A model generated the notes under the pieces. It searched no databases, was not told the DNA's origin, and saw only the letters and a list, made by a program, of their open reading frames with translations. The position numbers and the translations under genes were made by a program. Positions 21,610 through 31,635 of a stretch of DNA of 37,287 nt are shown here, in pieces. Each line of letters opens with the position of its first letter. Positions within the stretch are counted from its first letter, which is position 1. Location: the NCBI RefSeq assembly GCF_001194135.2, contig NC_068999.1:8092794-8130080 (forward strand). The letters are read 5' to 3'. Source of the DNA: Octopus bimaculoides. Taxonomy: Eukaryota.

Positions 21610-21735
21610 ATAACTGTCTGTCTGTCTATCTGTCTGTCTATCTATCTGTCTGTCTCCCTATCCATTTATCTGTCTGTCTGTCTATCTATCTGTCTGTCTT
21701 TCTGTCTGTCTTTCTGTCTGTCTTTCTGTCTGTAT
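21117..21735. repeat. (TACA)n at 21117-21167 and (TATC)n/(TGTC)n at about 21460-21735
   Basis: Direct reading. Confidence 0.9.
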
Positions 21736-21867
21736 AGTATTGTTCTAGGGAATGTTTAAGAAAACATAAGAAAATTATGAGTTCGTTTTAAAATTTGAGA
21801 TTACATAGACAGTATTTTACGTAGGATACCATTGTTATTATTATCATTATTGTTGTTGTTGTTGTTA

Positions 21868-22237
21868 TATTTCAAGATTTCTTGTCAATAGAGCAGGATC
21901 CGGTTTCGAAACTAGATCCAAGCCTTCTTCAATGGAATTTCAGCAACATTAACAAGGCATTTTTACATGAATATGTGTATATCTGCAGTATCTTGAGTCT
22001 GTGCAGATTTGAACGATTTGCTTTATGCATGTATTCTCATGCTTATAGTTTGCATGTCAAGACATTCGCATATGTACTTAAATGATTAGACTTCTGGAAA
22101 GTCTTACATATTTTTACAGTTCCAGTGATGGTTTGGATCTGTAGTTTTCGAATCGGCTTTCTCGTTTTTGGTTTTGAAAAGCCTAATTTCTGAAGACCGG
22201 TATAATTACAGGTATAAACCTACCTGAACTTGTAATC
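21868..22237 (-). mobile_element. 3' end of a second RLE LINE family (same family as 33366-33943), internally deleted
   Basis: Reverse complement aligns with 33600-33790 (gattacaagttcagg...tttatacctgtaatta...aaattaggcttttcaaaacca...actggaactgtaaaaatatgtaagactttccagaa) and shares the UTR blocks 'tgaaattcca.tgaag...cttggatctag' and 'caagaaatcttgaaata'. Confidence 0.85.
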
Positions 22238-22322
22238 TCATATATTTCTCATATATTTCAACTATATCTGATTAAGCGACTCGTAGTTGTACACATATAG
22301 CTCTGAATCTCATTAGTTTGTA

Positions 22323-22401
<79 letters not shown>

Positions 22402-22963
22402 TATACACACACAAATAGACAGACAGATACATAGACAGACAGACAGATAGCTAGATAGATGTAGATCTGTGTGTATATTGTTTAGAAAATTCGAGAGAAC
22501 GCGAAATTATTTATTTTTTAACAGTTGAAAATTTGCATTAGAAAAGCCGAACGCTTCCCTCCGCATTTTCTGCCCAAATGGCATTTTTTAAACCAATATC
22601 TATATGCTGTAATTTATAGCTTTATCTACTTCGAGTGCAATCGTTACAAACGAATATACAAACACACACACACACAAAGATAGATAAATTGATAAAAAGA
22701 CAGACAGACAGACAGATACATATATATTTCTGGAGATACATTCAGGTATCTATTGAAATCTAGACGACCATGTTAAATATTACACGAAAGAGCCCCCAGC
22801 TTATTTCATCAACTCCAATTAGCACTTCGAAGATGTTCCAACACAAACCGTCTATCAAGCATGTCTCTCGTGCGAAAATCCTCAATTTTTGTGCAGCAAC
22901 TTAATTTCAAGCTATAGAAAGATCATTTCATGTTTCAAGTTTAACTTTACTTTTACTTACATG

Positions 22964-23001
<38 letters not shown>

Positions 23002-23715
23002 TTTAATAGAATTTATTCTTCTGGAAATCTCCATGCCATTATGGTTGATACAACCTCCAGCATGCTAAAACTTGTAGATTAGCAGACGATAAATTAAATG
23101 GTTGATTTTCGATTACCAGATAAAAATTACCAGATAAAATGTAAATTAAACTTGACACAATATTTCATAACAAGTAAAAAAAGATAAAACATATTTTACC
23201 TGTATATGTAGATCAACCTATCGCTTTTTCCCACTCTCTCTTTCTCTCTTTCCATGTATATATACATATATATATATATATGGTAAATATATTTACTGAC
23301 AGTCAGGATTTAGCCAGACCATCCAGAGACGGAGCGGTCATTACTAATGAGTTTGTATTTTTCATATGAAACTATAGNNNNNNNNNNNNNNNNNNNNNNN
23401 NNNNNATAAACACAATTAAGGGATCAGCAAAAGTTGCTTCACCAACAAACCGAAAATTTAGAAATAGCAGTTAAAATACTAATTCTACTACTACAATATA
23501 CCTCCAACAGATAGCGATATTCGTGACTCGCAGAGGCAAAAGAAGAAAAATAACGAAACCAACCTGTCGTTAGTTAATCATGGACGCGTTTCGGGATTAG
23601 AATTTGGTAAAAATTCACTTCCTCGCTTCAGCATGATATTCTAGATTATAAATTGAAAAATGCTTATAAACTAAACCCATGCACATTTGATCATGCGACA
23701 TCGAACATAAAGAAT

Positions 23716-23753
<38 letters not shown>

Positions 23754-23921
23754 GGTAAATATATTTACTGACAGTCAGGATTTAGCCAGACCATCCAGAG
23801 ACGGAGCGGTCATTACTAATGAGTTTGTATTTTTCATATGAAACTATAGTCTAGTGTTCTCGCTCGCTGTGGGGCTGTTATCTCCCCTGTCAGCACACGA
23901 AAATCTGCTTATTGCGGCTGT

Positions 23922-24008
<87 letters not shown>

Positions 24009-24101
24009 TACGCGACAGTAATGAAAAGTGAGAATGAGTGCTCAATACTTCATTTAGAAGCTTTAAAAAACTGTTTATTTGTGCATTAATACTGTTTCCG
24101 T

Positions 24102-24760
24102 GGAGGCGCAATGGCCCAGTGGTTAGGGCAGCGGACTCGCGGTCATAGGATCGCGGTTTCGATTCCCAGACCCGCGTTGTGAGTGTNNNNNNNNNNNNNN
24201 NNNNNNNNNNNNNNNNNNNNNNNNNNNNNNNNNNNNNNNNNNNNNNNNNNNNNNNNNNNNNNNNNNNNNNNNNNNNNNNNNNNNNNNNNNNNNNNNNNNN
24301 NNNNNNNNNNNNNNNNNNNNNNNNNNNNNNNNNNNNNNNNNNNNNNNNNNNNNNNNNNNNNNNNNNNNNNNNNNNNNNNNNNNNNNNNNNNNNNNNNNNN
24401 NNNNNNNNNNNNNNNNNNNNNNNNNNNNNNNNNNNNNNNNNNNNNNNNNNNNNNNNNNNNNNNNNNNNNNNNNNNNNNNNNNNNNNNNNNNNNNNNNNNN
24501 NNNNNNNNNNNNNNNNNNNNNNNNNNNNNNNNTCTTTCACCACAACTTTCTCTCACTCTTACTTCCTGTTTCTGTTGTGCCTGTAATTCAAAGGGTCAGC
24601 CTTGTCACACTCTGTGTCACTCCGAATATCCCCGAGAACTACGTTAAGGGTACACGTGTCTGTGGAGTGCTCAGCCACTTGCATATTAATTTCACGAGCA
24701 GGCTGTTCCGTTGAACAGATCAACTGGAACCCTCGTCGTCGTAAGCGACGGAGTGCCAAC
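24102..24760 (+). mobile_element. SINE family C, full length with an internal gap; tRNA-derived Pol III head
   Basis: A-box TGGCCCAGTGG at 24112-24122 and B-box-like GGTTTCGATTCC at 24155-24166. The body matches 12233-12532. Confidence 0.9.
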
Positions 24761-24884
24761 AACAGCAATACTGTTACCATTGTTTCATTCAAAAATGTGA
24801 AAGAATATTACCCACCAATGTGGCGTTGATTACTCCTTTTCAGTGTTCGATACTAGTGTGTGTGTGTGTGTGTGTGTGGATAAG

Positions 24885-25050
24885 ATTGGTTTCTTTCACT
24901 TTCCGTCTACCAAATTCACTCACAAGGCATCGTCCAACACGGGGCTGTTGTAGAAAAAATACTTGCCCAAGGTGCCGCGCAGTGAGAGTGAATTGAAACA
25001 GAAACCAGATGATTTAGAAGTGAGCTTCTTAACCACACCGCTATGCCAGA
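24885..25050 (-). mobile_element. SINE family B head fragment
   Basis: 'ttctttcactttccgtctaccaaattcactcacaaggc...acttgcccaaggtgccgcgcagtg...cttcttaaccacac'. Confidence 0.8.
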
Positions 25051-25494
25051 CTACGCCTACGCAATCACACAGCCTAAACCGTGCTAAAAGAATCTTAGTC
25101 CAGAGGCAAGTCTTGCATATTTTAAATTGTCGACATGTTAAATTTCTTCATTTCAAAAATATCACCAACCAAAATGTTTTTCCGCTCCAAACTTTCCACA
25201 TGAGTTACTAGGAAGATTAATCGTTCTTGTTTTTCTGTAGTCTTAACAACTTTTATAAATGTTTTATTTATATATTTTCTGACCATTTAGTTTAGAAATT
25301 ACGTTACTAGAATTTCATTGGAATACAAAGATAAACTTCTTGGAATAATCTTTAACAGATTTATAAGGAATTTTCAGTCGCTTCAACTCTTGAACTGTAA
25401 ATAACTTAAATTCCAACGTTTTATTTCTGCTAACCGGTTTGGTTTCCGTTGTATTTGAAAGTTCATTTTTTTCTGTGTATGTGCGTGTGTGAGT

Positions 25495-25526
<32 letters not shown>

Positions 25527-25739
25527 TAGAGAAAGAGAGAGAGAAAGAAAGAGAGAGAGAGAGAGAGAGTGAGAGATAGAGAGAGAGAGAGATTTAGTCA
25601 TACGTGTATACATATATATATGCATGTATATATAACGCATGTCTGTTGGTATACATGTATGTACGTATATATACTTTACATATTGCTCTGAAATAAAATT
25701 TCAAAATGTTTGATAAAGTAGAAATTATATCATTTATCG

Positions 25740-25953
25740 TTTACTTGTTTCACTCATTAGACTGCGGCCATGCTGCAGCACCGCCTTGAAGAATTTTTAG
25801 TCGAAAGAATCGACCCCAGTAATTTTTTTTTTTAACCTGGTATTTATTTTGTTGAATCTTTTTTGCCGAACTGCTAAGTTACGGTACGTAAACACACCAA
25901 CACAGGTTGTCAAGCAGTGATGTGGGGACAAACACAGACACAAAGGCACACAA

Positions 25954-25992
<39 letters not shown>

Positions 25993-26093
25993 ATCGCTTC
26001 TTCTCTAGGCACAAGGCACAAAATTTTGGGGGAGGGAGAAAGTCGATTAGATCGACACCAGTACGCATCTGGTGCTTAATTTATCGACCCCGA
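25740..26093 (-). mobile_element. SINE family B 3' module (25740-25950) followed by a SINE family A fragment (26000-26093)
   Basis: 'gactgcggccatgctgcagcaccgcc...tttgccgaactgctaagttacgg...ggggacaaacacagacaca' and 'ggcacaaggcacaaaattttgggggagg...aatttatcgaccccga'. Confidence 0.85.
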
Positions 26094-27063
26094 NNNNNNN
26101 NNNNNNNNNNNNNNNNNNNNNNNNNNNNNNNNNNNNNNNNNNNNNNNNNNNNNNNNNNNNNNNNNNNNNNNNNNNNNNNNNNNNNNNNNNNNNNNNNNNN
26201 NNNNNNNNNNNNNNNNNNNNNNNNNNNNNNNNNNNNNNNNNNNNNNNNNNNNNNNNNNNNNNNNNNNNNNNNNNNNNNNNNNNNNNNNNNNNNNNNNNNN
26301 NNNNNNNNNNNNNNNNNNNNNNNNNNNNNNNNNNNNNNNNNNNNNNNNNTATATATTTAAAAAACGGAGTAAAAGACAAGAAAAAACAACGCGCACACGT
26401 AGTATAATGCAAAGTATTAATGAGACGCTCAGAGAAGGAAAGAAAGAGTGGTTGTTTTATGTTTCGTGCAAAACTCTTCTTCGGAAACAGGAGACATAGG
26501 AAAATCCAAAAGGAAAGGAAGAAGGAGGAAAAAAACTGCCGACATGCTTCTCTCAGTTTCCGTCTGCTAAATCCACTGTTGTGGAGTAACATAAAACAGT
26601 TCCTAGTATGATTCGAAACAGTACCCCGACTCAGATTGACGAGCAGTTTATTTCTAGGAAATGACAACTCAATGATTCTTGAATTACAGGTATGAGCAAC
26701 TTTTTCGAGAAGCAGGCCGCACGAGGCGTGACTCATCGTGACTACAAATACAATTGAAGGCGTGACTACGAATAAAACTCAAGGTATTTTTGCTTTAGAC
26801 GAGCCACTGAGAAAGTCTCACAAGCTGCATTTTGTCCATGACTAGTTTAGAATAACAATGGACATAGACTTGTGTCTTAGATATCAGACGTGATTCACTG
26901 GCCATAAGTTCACGTTCGGTTATATATACGATGTGATTGTCCAAAAATAAATAAATAAATAAATAAACAAAATAGACTTTTTTTATATGGATTAAAAATA
27001 AATCTTTAGAATTAACTAATGGACTAAGCGGATCAGGAGGATACACGTGGACGGAGAGGGTCG

Positions 27064-27098
27064 CTGAAGAGGTCACAGATGCGTGACGAAAGGTTTTC
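27064..27098 (+). ncRNA. Second hammerhead-like core in a diverged copy of the same repeat as 1325-1435
   Basis: CTGAAGA-G-GTCAC(AGATGC)GTGAC-GAAA, with core and stem II intact but stem I not formable. It shares the downstream 'aataaa...gtgaa...atat(a/c)agtgcgtgtgttt..attggc' block with the first copy. Confidence 0.4.
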
Positions 27099-27519
27099 AG
27101 ATAATCAGCACTAAATAAAATAAGAACAATAATAGATGAGTGAAGAATGAATATACAGTGCGTGTGTTTATTTGGCAGAATATGACCGTCGCGAAATTTA
27201 ACAAAAAGTAGTTCTTTTTTTTTCCATGTATACTCGTTTTGTTTTCCTTTTCTTTATTATTATTTTTTTTCTTTTGTCAGAAATGTAGCAAAAGAAACAA
27301 ACAAAGAAAAAACCATAGGGTTAAAGAAATAATGCGAGTCGCTGTTTTTGTCTTTTCCTTTTTGCTTCCTTTTTTTTTTGTCTTTTGTTTTTTGTCCAAA
27401 GTTAGAAATTATAATTATTATAACTATTGCTGGCTCTTGTTGGGTTTGTCGAACCCAACAAGAGCCAGATCTACCTCCAGTACTTATTTTAAAGTTTGGT
27501 ACATGTACATATTCTATCG

Positions 27520-27583
27520 GCTTTCTTAGGACACAAACTAACCAACACTGCTTATAAAGTAGTTCGAGGGACAAACATAAACA

Positions 27584-27615
<32 letters not shown>

Positions 27616-27887
27616 TATTCACACACACAGACGCATACATGCATACGTATGCACACACACAAGCGTACACTTACATATACACATATACATTCGATGAGCT
27701 TTCCGTACAGCTTCCGTCCACCAGATCCACTCACAAGGCGCAGGAGTGGCTGTGTGGTAAGTAGCTTGCTTACCAACCGCATGGTTCTGGGTTCTGGGCA
27801 AGTGTCTTCTACTATAGCCTCGAGCCGACCAAAGACTTGTGAGTGGATTTGGTAGACGGAAACTGAAAGAAGCACGTCGTATATATG

Positions 27888-27941
<54 letters not shown>

Positions 27942-28258
27942 TCCCCCAACATCCCTTGACAACCGATGGTGGTGTGTTTACGTCCCCGTAACTTAGCGGT
28001 TCGGCAAAAAAGACCGATAGAATAAGTACTAGACTTACAAAGAATAAGTCCTGGGTTCGATTTGCTCGACTAAAGGCGGTGCTCCAGCATGGCCGCAGTC
28101 AAATGACTGAAACAAGTAAAAGAGAGTAAAAGAGTAAGGAATCAGTCGGCCCAGGGCTATCGTAGAAAGCACTTGCCCACGGTACCGCGTGGTGGGACTG
28201 AACTCGAAGCTCAAAAACCACTTGTTTGCGAGGCATATTTCTTAACAACACACCCATG
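27520..28258 (-). mobile_element. Older SINE family B copy split in two (27520-27738 and 28141-28258) by a nested insertion
   Basis: The left part ends '...ccagatccactcacaagg' and the right part resumes 'gtcggcccagggctatcgtagaaagcacttgccc...', contiguous in the uninterrupted copy at 4355-4420. Confidence 0.8.
27737..28136 (+). mobile_element. Younger near full-length SINE family B
   Basis: 'ggcgcaggagtggctgtgtggtaagtagcttgcttacc...(TG)n...cgtaacttagcggttcggcaaaa...ggcggtgctccagcatggccgcagtcaaatgactgaaacaagtaaaaga'. Confidence 0.92.
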
Positions 28259-28764
28259 TCATGATACGTAGTTATTAAGAAAACAATTGGCCGGAACGTA
28301 TTTCATCATATTCATACTTAATCGAGACTGACTCTTCGCTAAACAAAAACAAGAACAGCGACAGAATGTTGAAATGGCTTTGAATAAAAAGGATCGGTAA
28401 ATTAGGAATCAATGACAGATAAGTACCAATGTCTTACAGTTTAACCTCAAATTTAAAATAATTATGGCTTTGCTCCAATTCGGGAAATCATATAATCAGA
28501 GGAGATAAGAAGCGAAGGCTGTTCTTCAGGTAATTCACAGTAGGCGTAAATTCTTGCTTAACTTAACAATGTTAAATCTTAATACTTTCACCTAATTGTA
28601 GATTATGTAAGAATTCAAGACCGTATTAGCAATTAGTTCTTCTTCTTTATATCGTAATTAAAGATTTCTTGTGGTACCAGACCGTGAAGCAGATAAATGT
28701 ATTACTTTATCTAATTTGGAAAGAAGGAAAACAATAGCTATTATCTTGATATCTACATGCGATG

Positions 28765-28766
<2 letters not shown>

Positions 28767-28813
<47 letters not shown>

Positions 28814-28930
28814 TGATGATAATAATAATAATCCTTTCTACTATAGGCACACGCCCTGGATTTTGTGGAGAGGGGGAGATAGTCGATGATATAGTTCCCA
28901 GCGTTTCGCTGATACTTCATTTATCGACGT
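28767..28930 (-). mobile_element. SINE family A 3' half whose tail is the (AAT)n run at 28767-28830
   Basis: The + strand shows (aat)n then 'cctttctactataggcac', the reverse complement of the type-2 tail 'gtgcctatagtagaaaggattattatt...'. Confidence 0.8.
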
Positions 28931-28947
28931 CAGATGTTGATGTAATG

Positions 28948-29075
28948 GCAGAGCAACGTGAAATGAAGTGTCTTGCTAAAAGAAAATACAATAAACCACA
29001 ACACGGTTCGGGAATCGAAACCGTGATCATGCGATTGTGAGTGCAACACCCCTAAACACTAGGCCACGTGGCATC
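28948..29075 (-). mobile_element. tRNA-like SINE head related to the family C variant at 34150-34240
   Basis: 'gagcaacgtgaaatgaagtgtcttgct...gggaatcgaaacc...cctaaacactaggccacg' matches 34166-34230. Confidence 0.7.
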
Positions 29076-29895
29076 ACAACCCCTGACAGATAGAAATCAT
29101 ATAAAAATATCAGATAAGACTGGACTTGTTTCCCAAATGTAATCTACGTACGTTCTCTGTAGACATAAATACTTTCTGCACATAACATGTTAGATATCAA
29201 TTCCCCCACTTAATTGTAGATTAAGTAATATTTCTGAGGCTTATTAGTAATCAGTACCTCGATATATCCTAATTAAAGCTTTTCTGTGGCACTGGTCCGT
29301 GAAGCGGAGAAACGCATCGCTTTATTTGATTTGGAACGAAGAAAAACAAAACGTTAGAGATTCGCCTGCTTTCTCTCAATGATGTCTGTATGCTGTTGTA
29401 ATAATGGCGTCTGATATTGGAATAATGCCAAGTATTGTAAGAGAGGCATGTAGACAAGTAAATCGGCTTTGGAACTTCTTTGGCGTGTTTATTTGATCTA
29501 CGCCGACGCAGTGGGATAATGGGAATTGAGAGCAGAGATGGTCACGGTAGGATTTGAATTCGGAACGTGGAGCAGTGGTTGTTCGTACTTCTTTGATTTT
29601 GCGGCACGGTGGAGATAAGAACGAACGAAAGAAAGAAAGAAAGAAAGAAATAAAGAAAGAAAGAAATGACTGGTGCACTCGCTTCTTTCACTCGTAAACA
29701 AAATCATATACACATGGTGTGCATAAATTATCTTTACAACATCCACAGTTTATTGTGTCTACAAAGTTGGGAGCCATCAATCAAGTTCTTTGCATGTTAA
29801 ATAAATACTATTAAAGTTTTAATTTAATTACTTTGTTTTAATATTTCAATCACTTTCGTTTGTCTTTAAAGATATTTACTGTTACCCCCGCCTTT

Positions 29896-30300
29896 TAGGC
29901 GGCAAACTGACAGAAACGTTAGCACACCAAGCAAATTGCTTTGCGGCATTTCGTACGTCATTATGGTTTGCGTTCAAATACTGGCGAGGTCGACTTTATT
30001 ATTTATCCTTTCGGGGTCGATAAAATAAGTATTAATTGAACACCAATTGAACAACTGGCCTTGTGTCAAAAATTGAAATTGTTGCCAAAAGGCGGCCAAC
30101 AGGCAGAATTGTTACCGCGCCAGTAAAATGCTTAGCAGCATTTTTTCAGACTATACGCTCTGAGTTCAAATATCGCAGGCGTCGATTTTTGCTTTTCATC
30201 CTTTTGGGGTCGATTAAATAAGTACCAGTTAAACACTGGGGTCGATGTGATAGATAGCCACCTCCGAAATTGCAGGCTTTGTACCAAAATTTGGGACTAT
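29896..30300 (+). mobile_element. Two tandem SINE family A copies
   Basis: Heads 'ggcggcaaactgacagaaacgttagc' (29898) and 'ggcggccaacaggcagaattgttacc' (30091), each with the family A body. Confidence 0.85.
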
Positions 30301-30330
30301 TAATTATCTCTGACTTTTAATGAAAATAAT

Positions 30331-31218
30331 ATGACAAGAGAGCGCAATGTGTATCCTGGTTCACAGAGATCAAATCAGACACTCAGGTCTCGTGGAATTA
30401 AAAGAAGAACCATCTTATTTGAGCATCTGTGCCTGGCATAAAAAGTTTATGGAAGCAGGAAACGTCCAACAGAAAACAGGGGCTGGGTGACCGAGAATAT
30501 CTGTGAAAGACGTTAAGCGAATTCGAGCAGCATTTTATCGCAGGCCGACCGAGTCCTTTCATGCTGTAAGTAGACAGTTAATAAGTTTACCATGGTCAAC
30601 AATTCTTAAGGATTTGCACAAGAAACTGAGGGTCACTATGGGCAACATTTGCAAGCACTTGAGCCAGATGAAAAAGCTCAAAAGAAAAGAATTGCAGTGG
30701 ACATGTTAACTCGGTTAGATGAAGATGAAGGCTTCTTTTGAAAGATCTGTTTCAGTAAGGAAGCAACATTTCATGTATCAAGAATGATACATAAAGCGTG
30801 GCATTAGGATCTGGGGTTCAGAAAACCCACATGAAACAAGAAAACTGGAGAGAAACAACCCAGAAGTCAATGTTTGGTGTGGCTTAATGTTCGATCAAGT
30901 GATTGGTTCATTTTTCTTTGCAGAAGAAAAGATTATTTCCAGCACTTAACCTTGATTTTTCACAAGAATTTGTTTTACCGCAGTTGCACCACTTACGACC
31001 AACAGTTATTTTCCAACAAGATTGTGCGCCGTCCAACTGAGTGTTCGAGAGTTTTTCAGTGAAACTTTAGACAACCGATAGACTGGAAGAGGTCACCTAG
31101 GTCCCTGGTCACCTAGGTTACCATATGTTACTCCTCTAGACTTCTCGTGAGATTACATTAAAAACGGAACCTGTCGTATAAAAATTCGGGTCCTTAATGA
31201 TTTCAAGGATAAAACACG
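30331..31218 (+). pseudogene. Decayed Tc1/mariner-superfamily transposase (HTH N-terminus of the 'AQCVSWF' type)
   Basis: Across frameshifts it reads RAQCVSWFTEIKSDTQV...AWHKKFMEAG...RIRAAFYRRPTES...CFSKEATFHVS...IWGSENPHE...VNVWCGL...VIFQQDCAP...TGRG...PWSPRLPYVTPLDF. The first and third catalytic D positions read K and Y, so it is inactive. Confidence 0.88.
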
Positions 31219-31419
31219 CTAAGTCATGTCCAATAATCTCCTTGAAATTCCACTCCTATGTCTTATCGATGTACCTAGGTATGCATGAGCCAAGGGATCA
31301 GACCTGAATGGAATAGCTAGGCATGCTAGAAATGTCAGCCAATTCTCCCTCAAATCTCACAATGTTTTCTTGTACAGAAACTTGCTGGCCAGTACAACAA
31401 AATATTTGATAAATGATAA

Positions 31420-31635
31420 TGGCTCCAGATTTTTGGCACAAGGCCAGTACTTTCGGGGTGGGGGAGTAAGTCGATTACATCAACCCTAATGCTCAAATGG
31501 TTCTTCTCTTATCGCCATCGAAAGGATGAAAATCAAGTCGACCTCGGTGGAATTTGAGCTCAGAACGTAAAAACGGACGAAATGACGCTAAGCATTTTTC
31601 CCGGCGTGCTAACGATTCTGCCAGCTCGCTGCCTT
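31420..31635 (-). mobile_element. SINE family A, near full length
   Basis: 'ttttggcacaaggccag...gtcgattacatcaaccc...gtcgacctcggtggaatttgagctcagaacgtaa...cggcgtgctaacgattctgccagctcgc'. Confidence 0.88.

Noticed and set aside
22770-22915. Candidate exon open on both strands (LEIKLLHKKLRIFARETC... / TMLNITRKSPQ...)
   Set aside because: No family resemblance and weak splice context; open frames of about 50 codons are expected by chance.
24102-24175. tRNA gene
   Set aside because: It has A- and B-box-like motifs but no cloverleaf or acceptor stem, and it continues into the SINE C body, so it is a SINE head.
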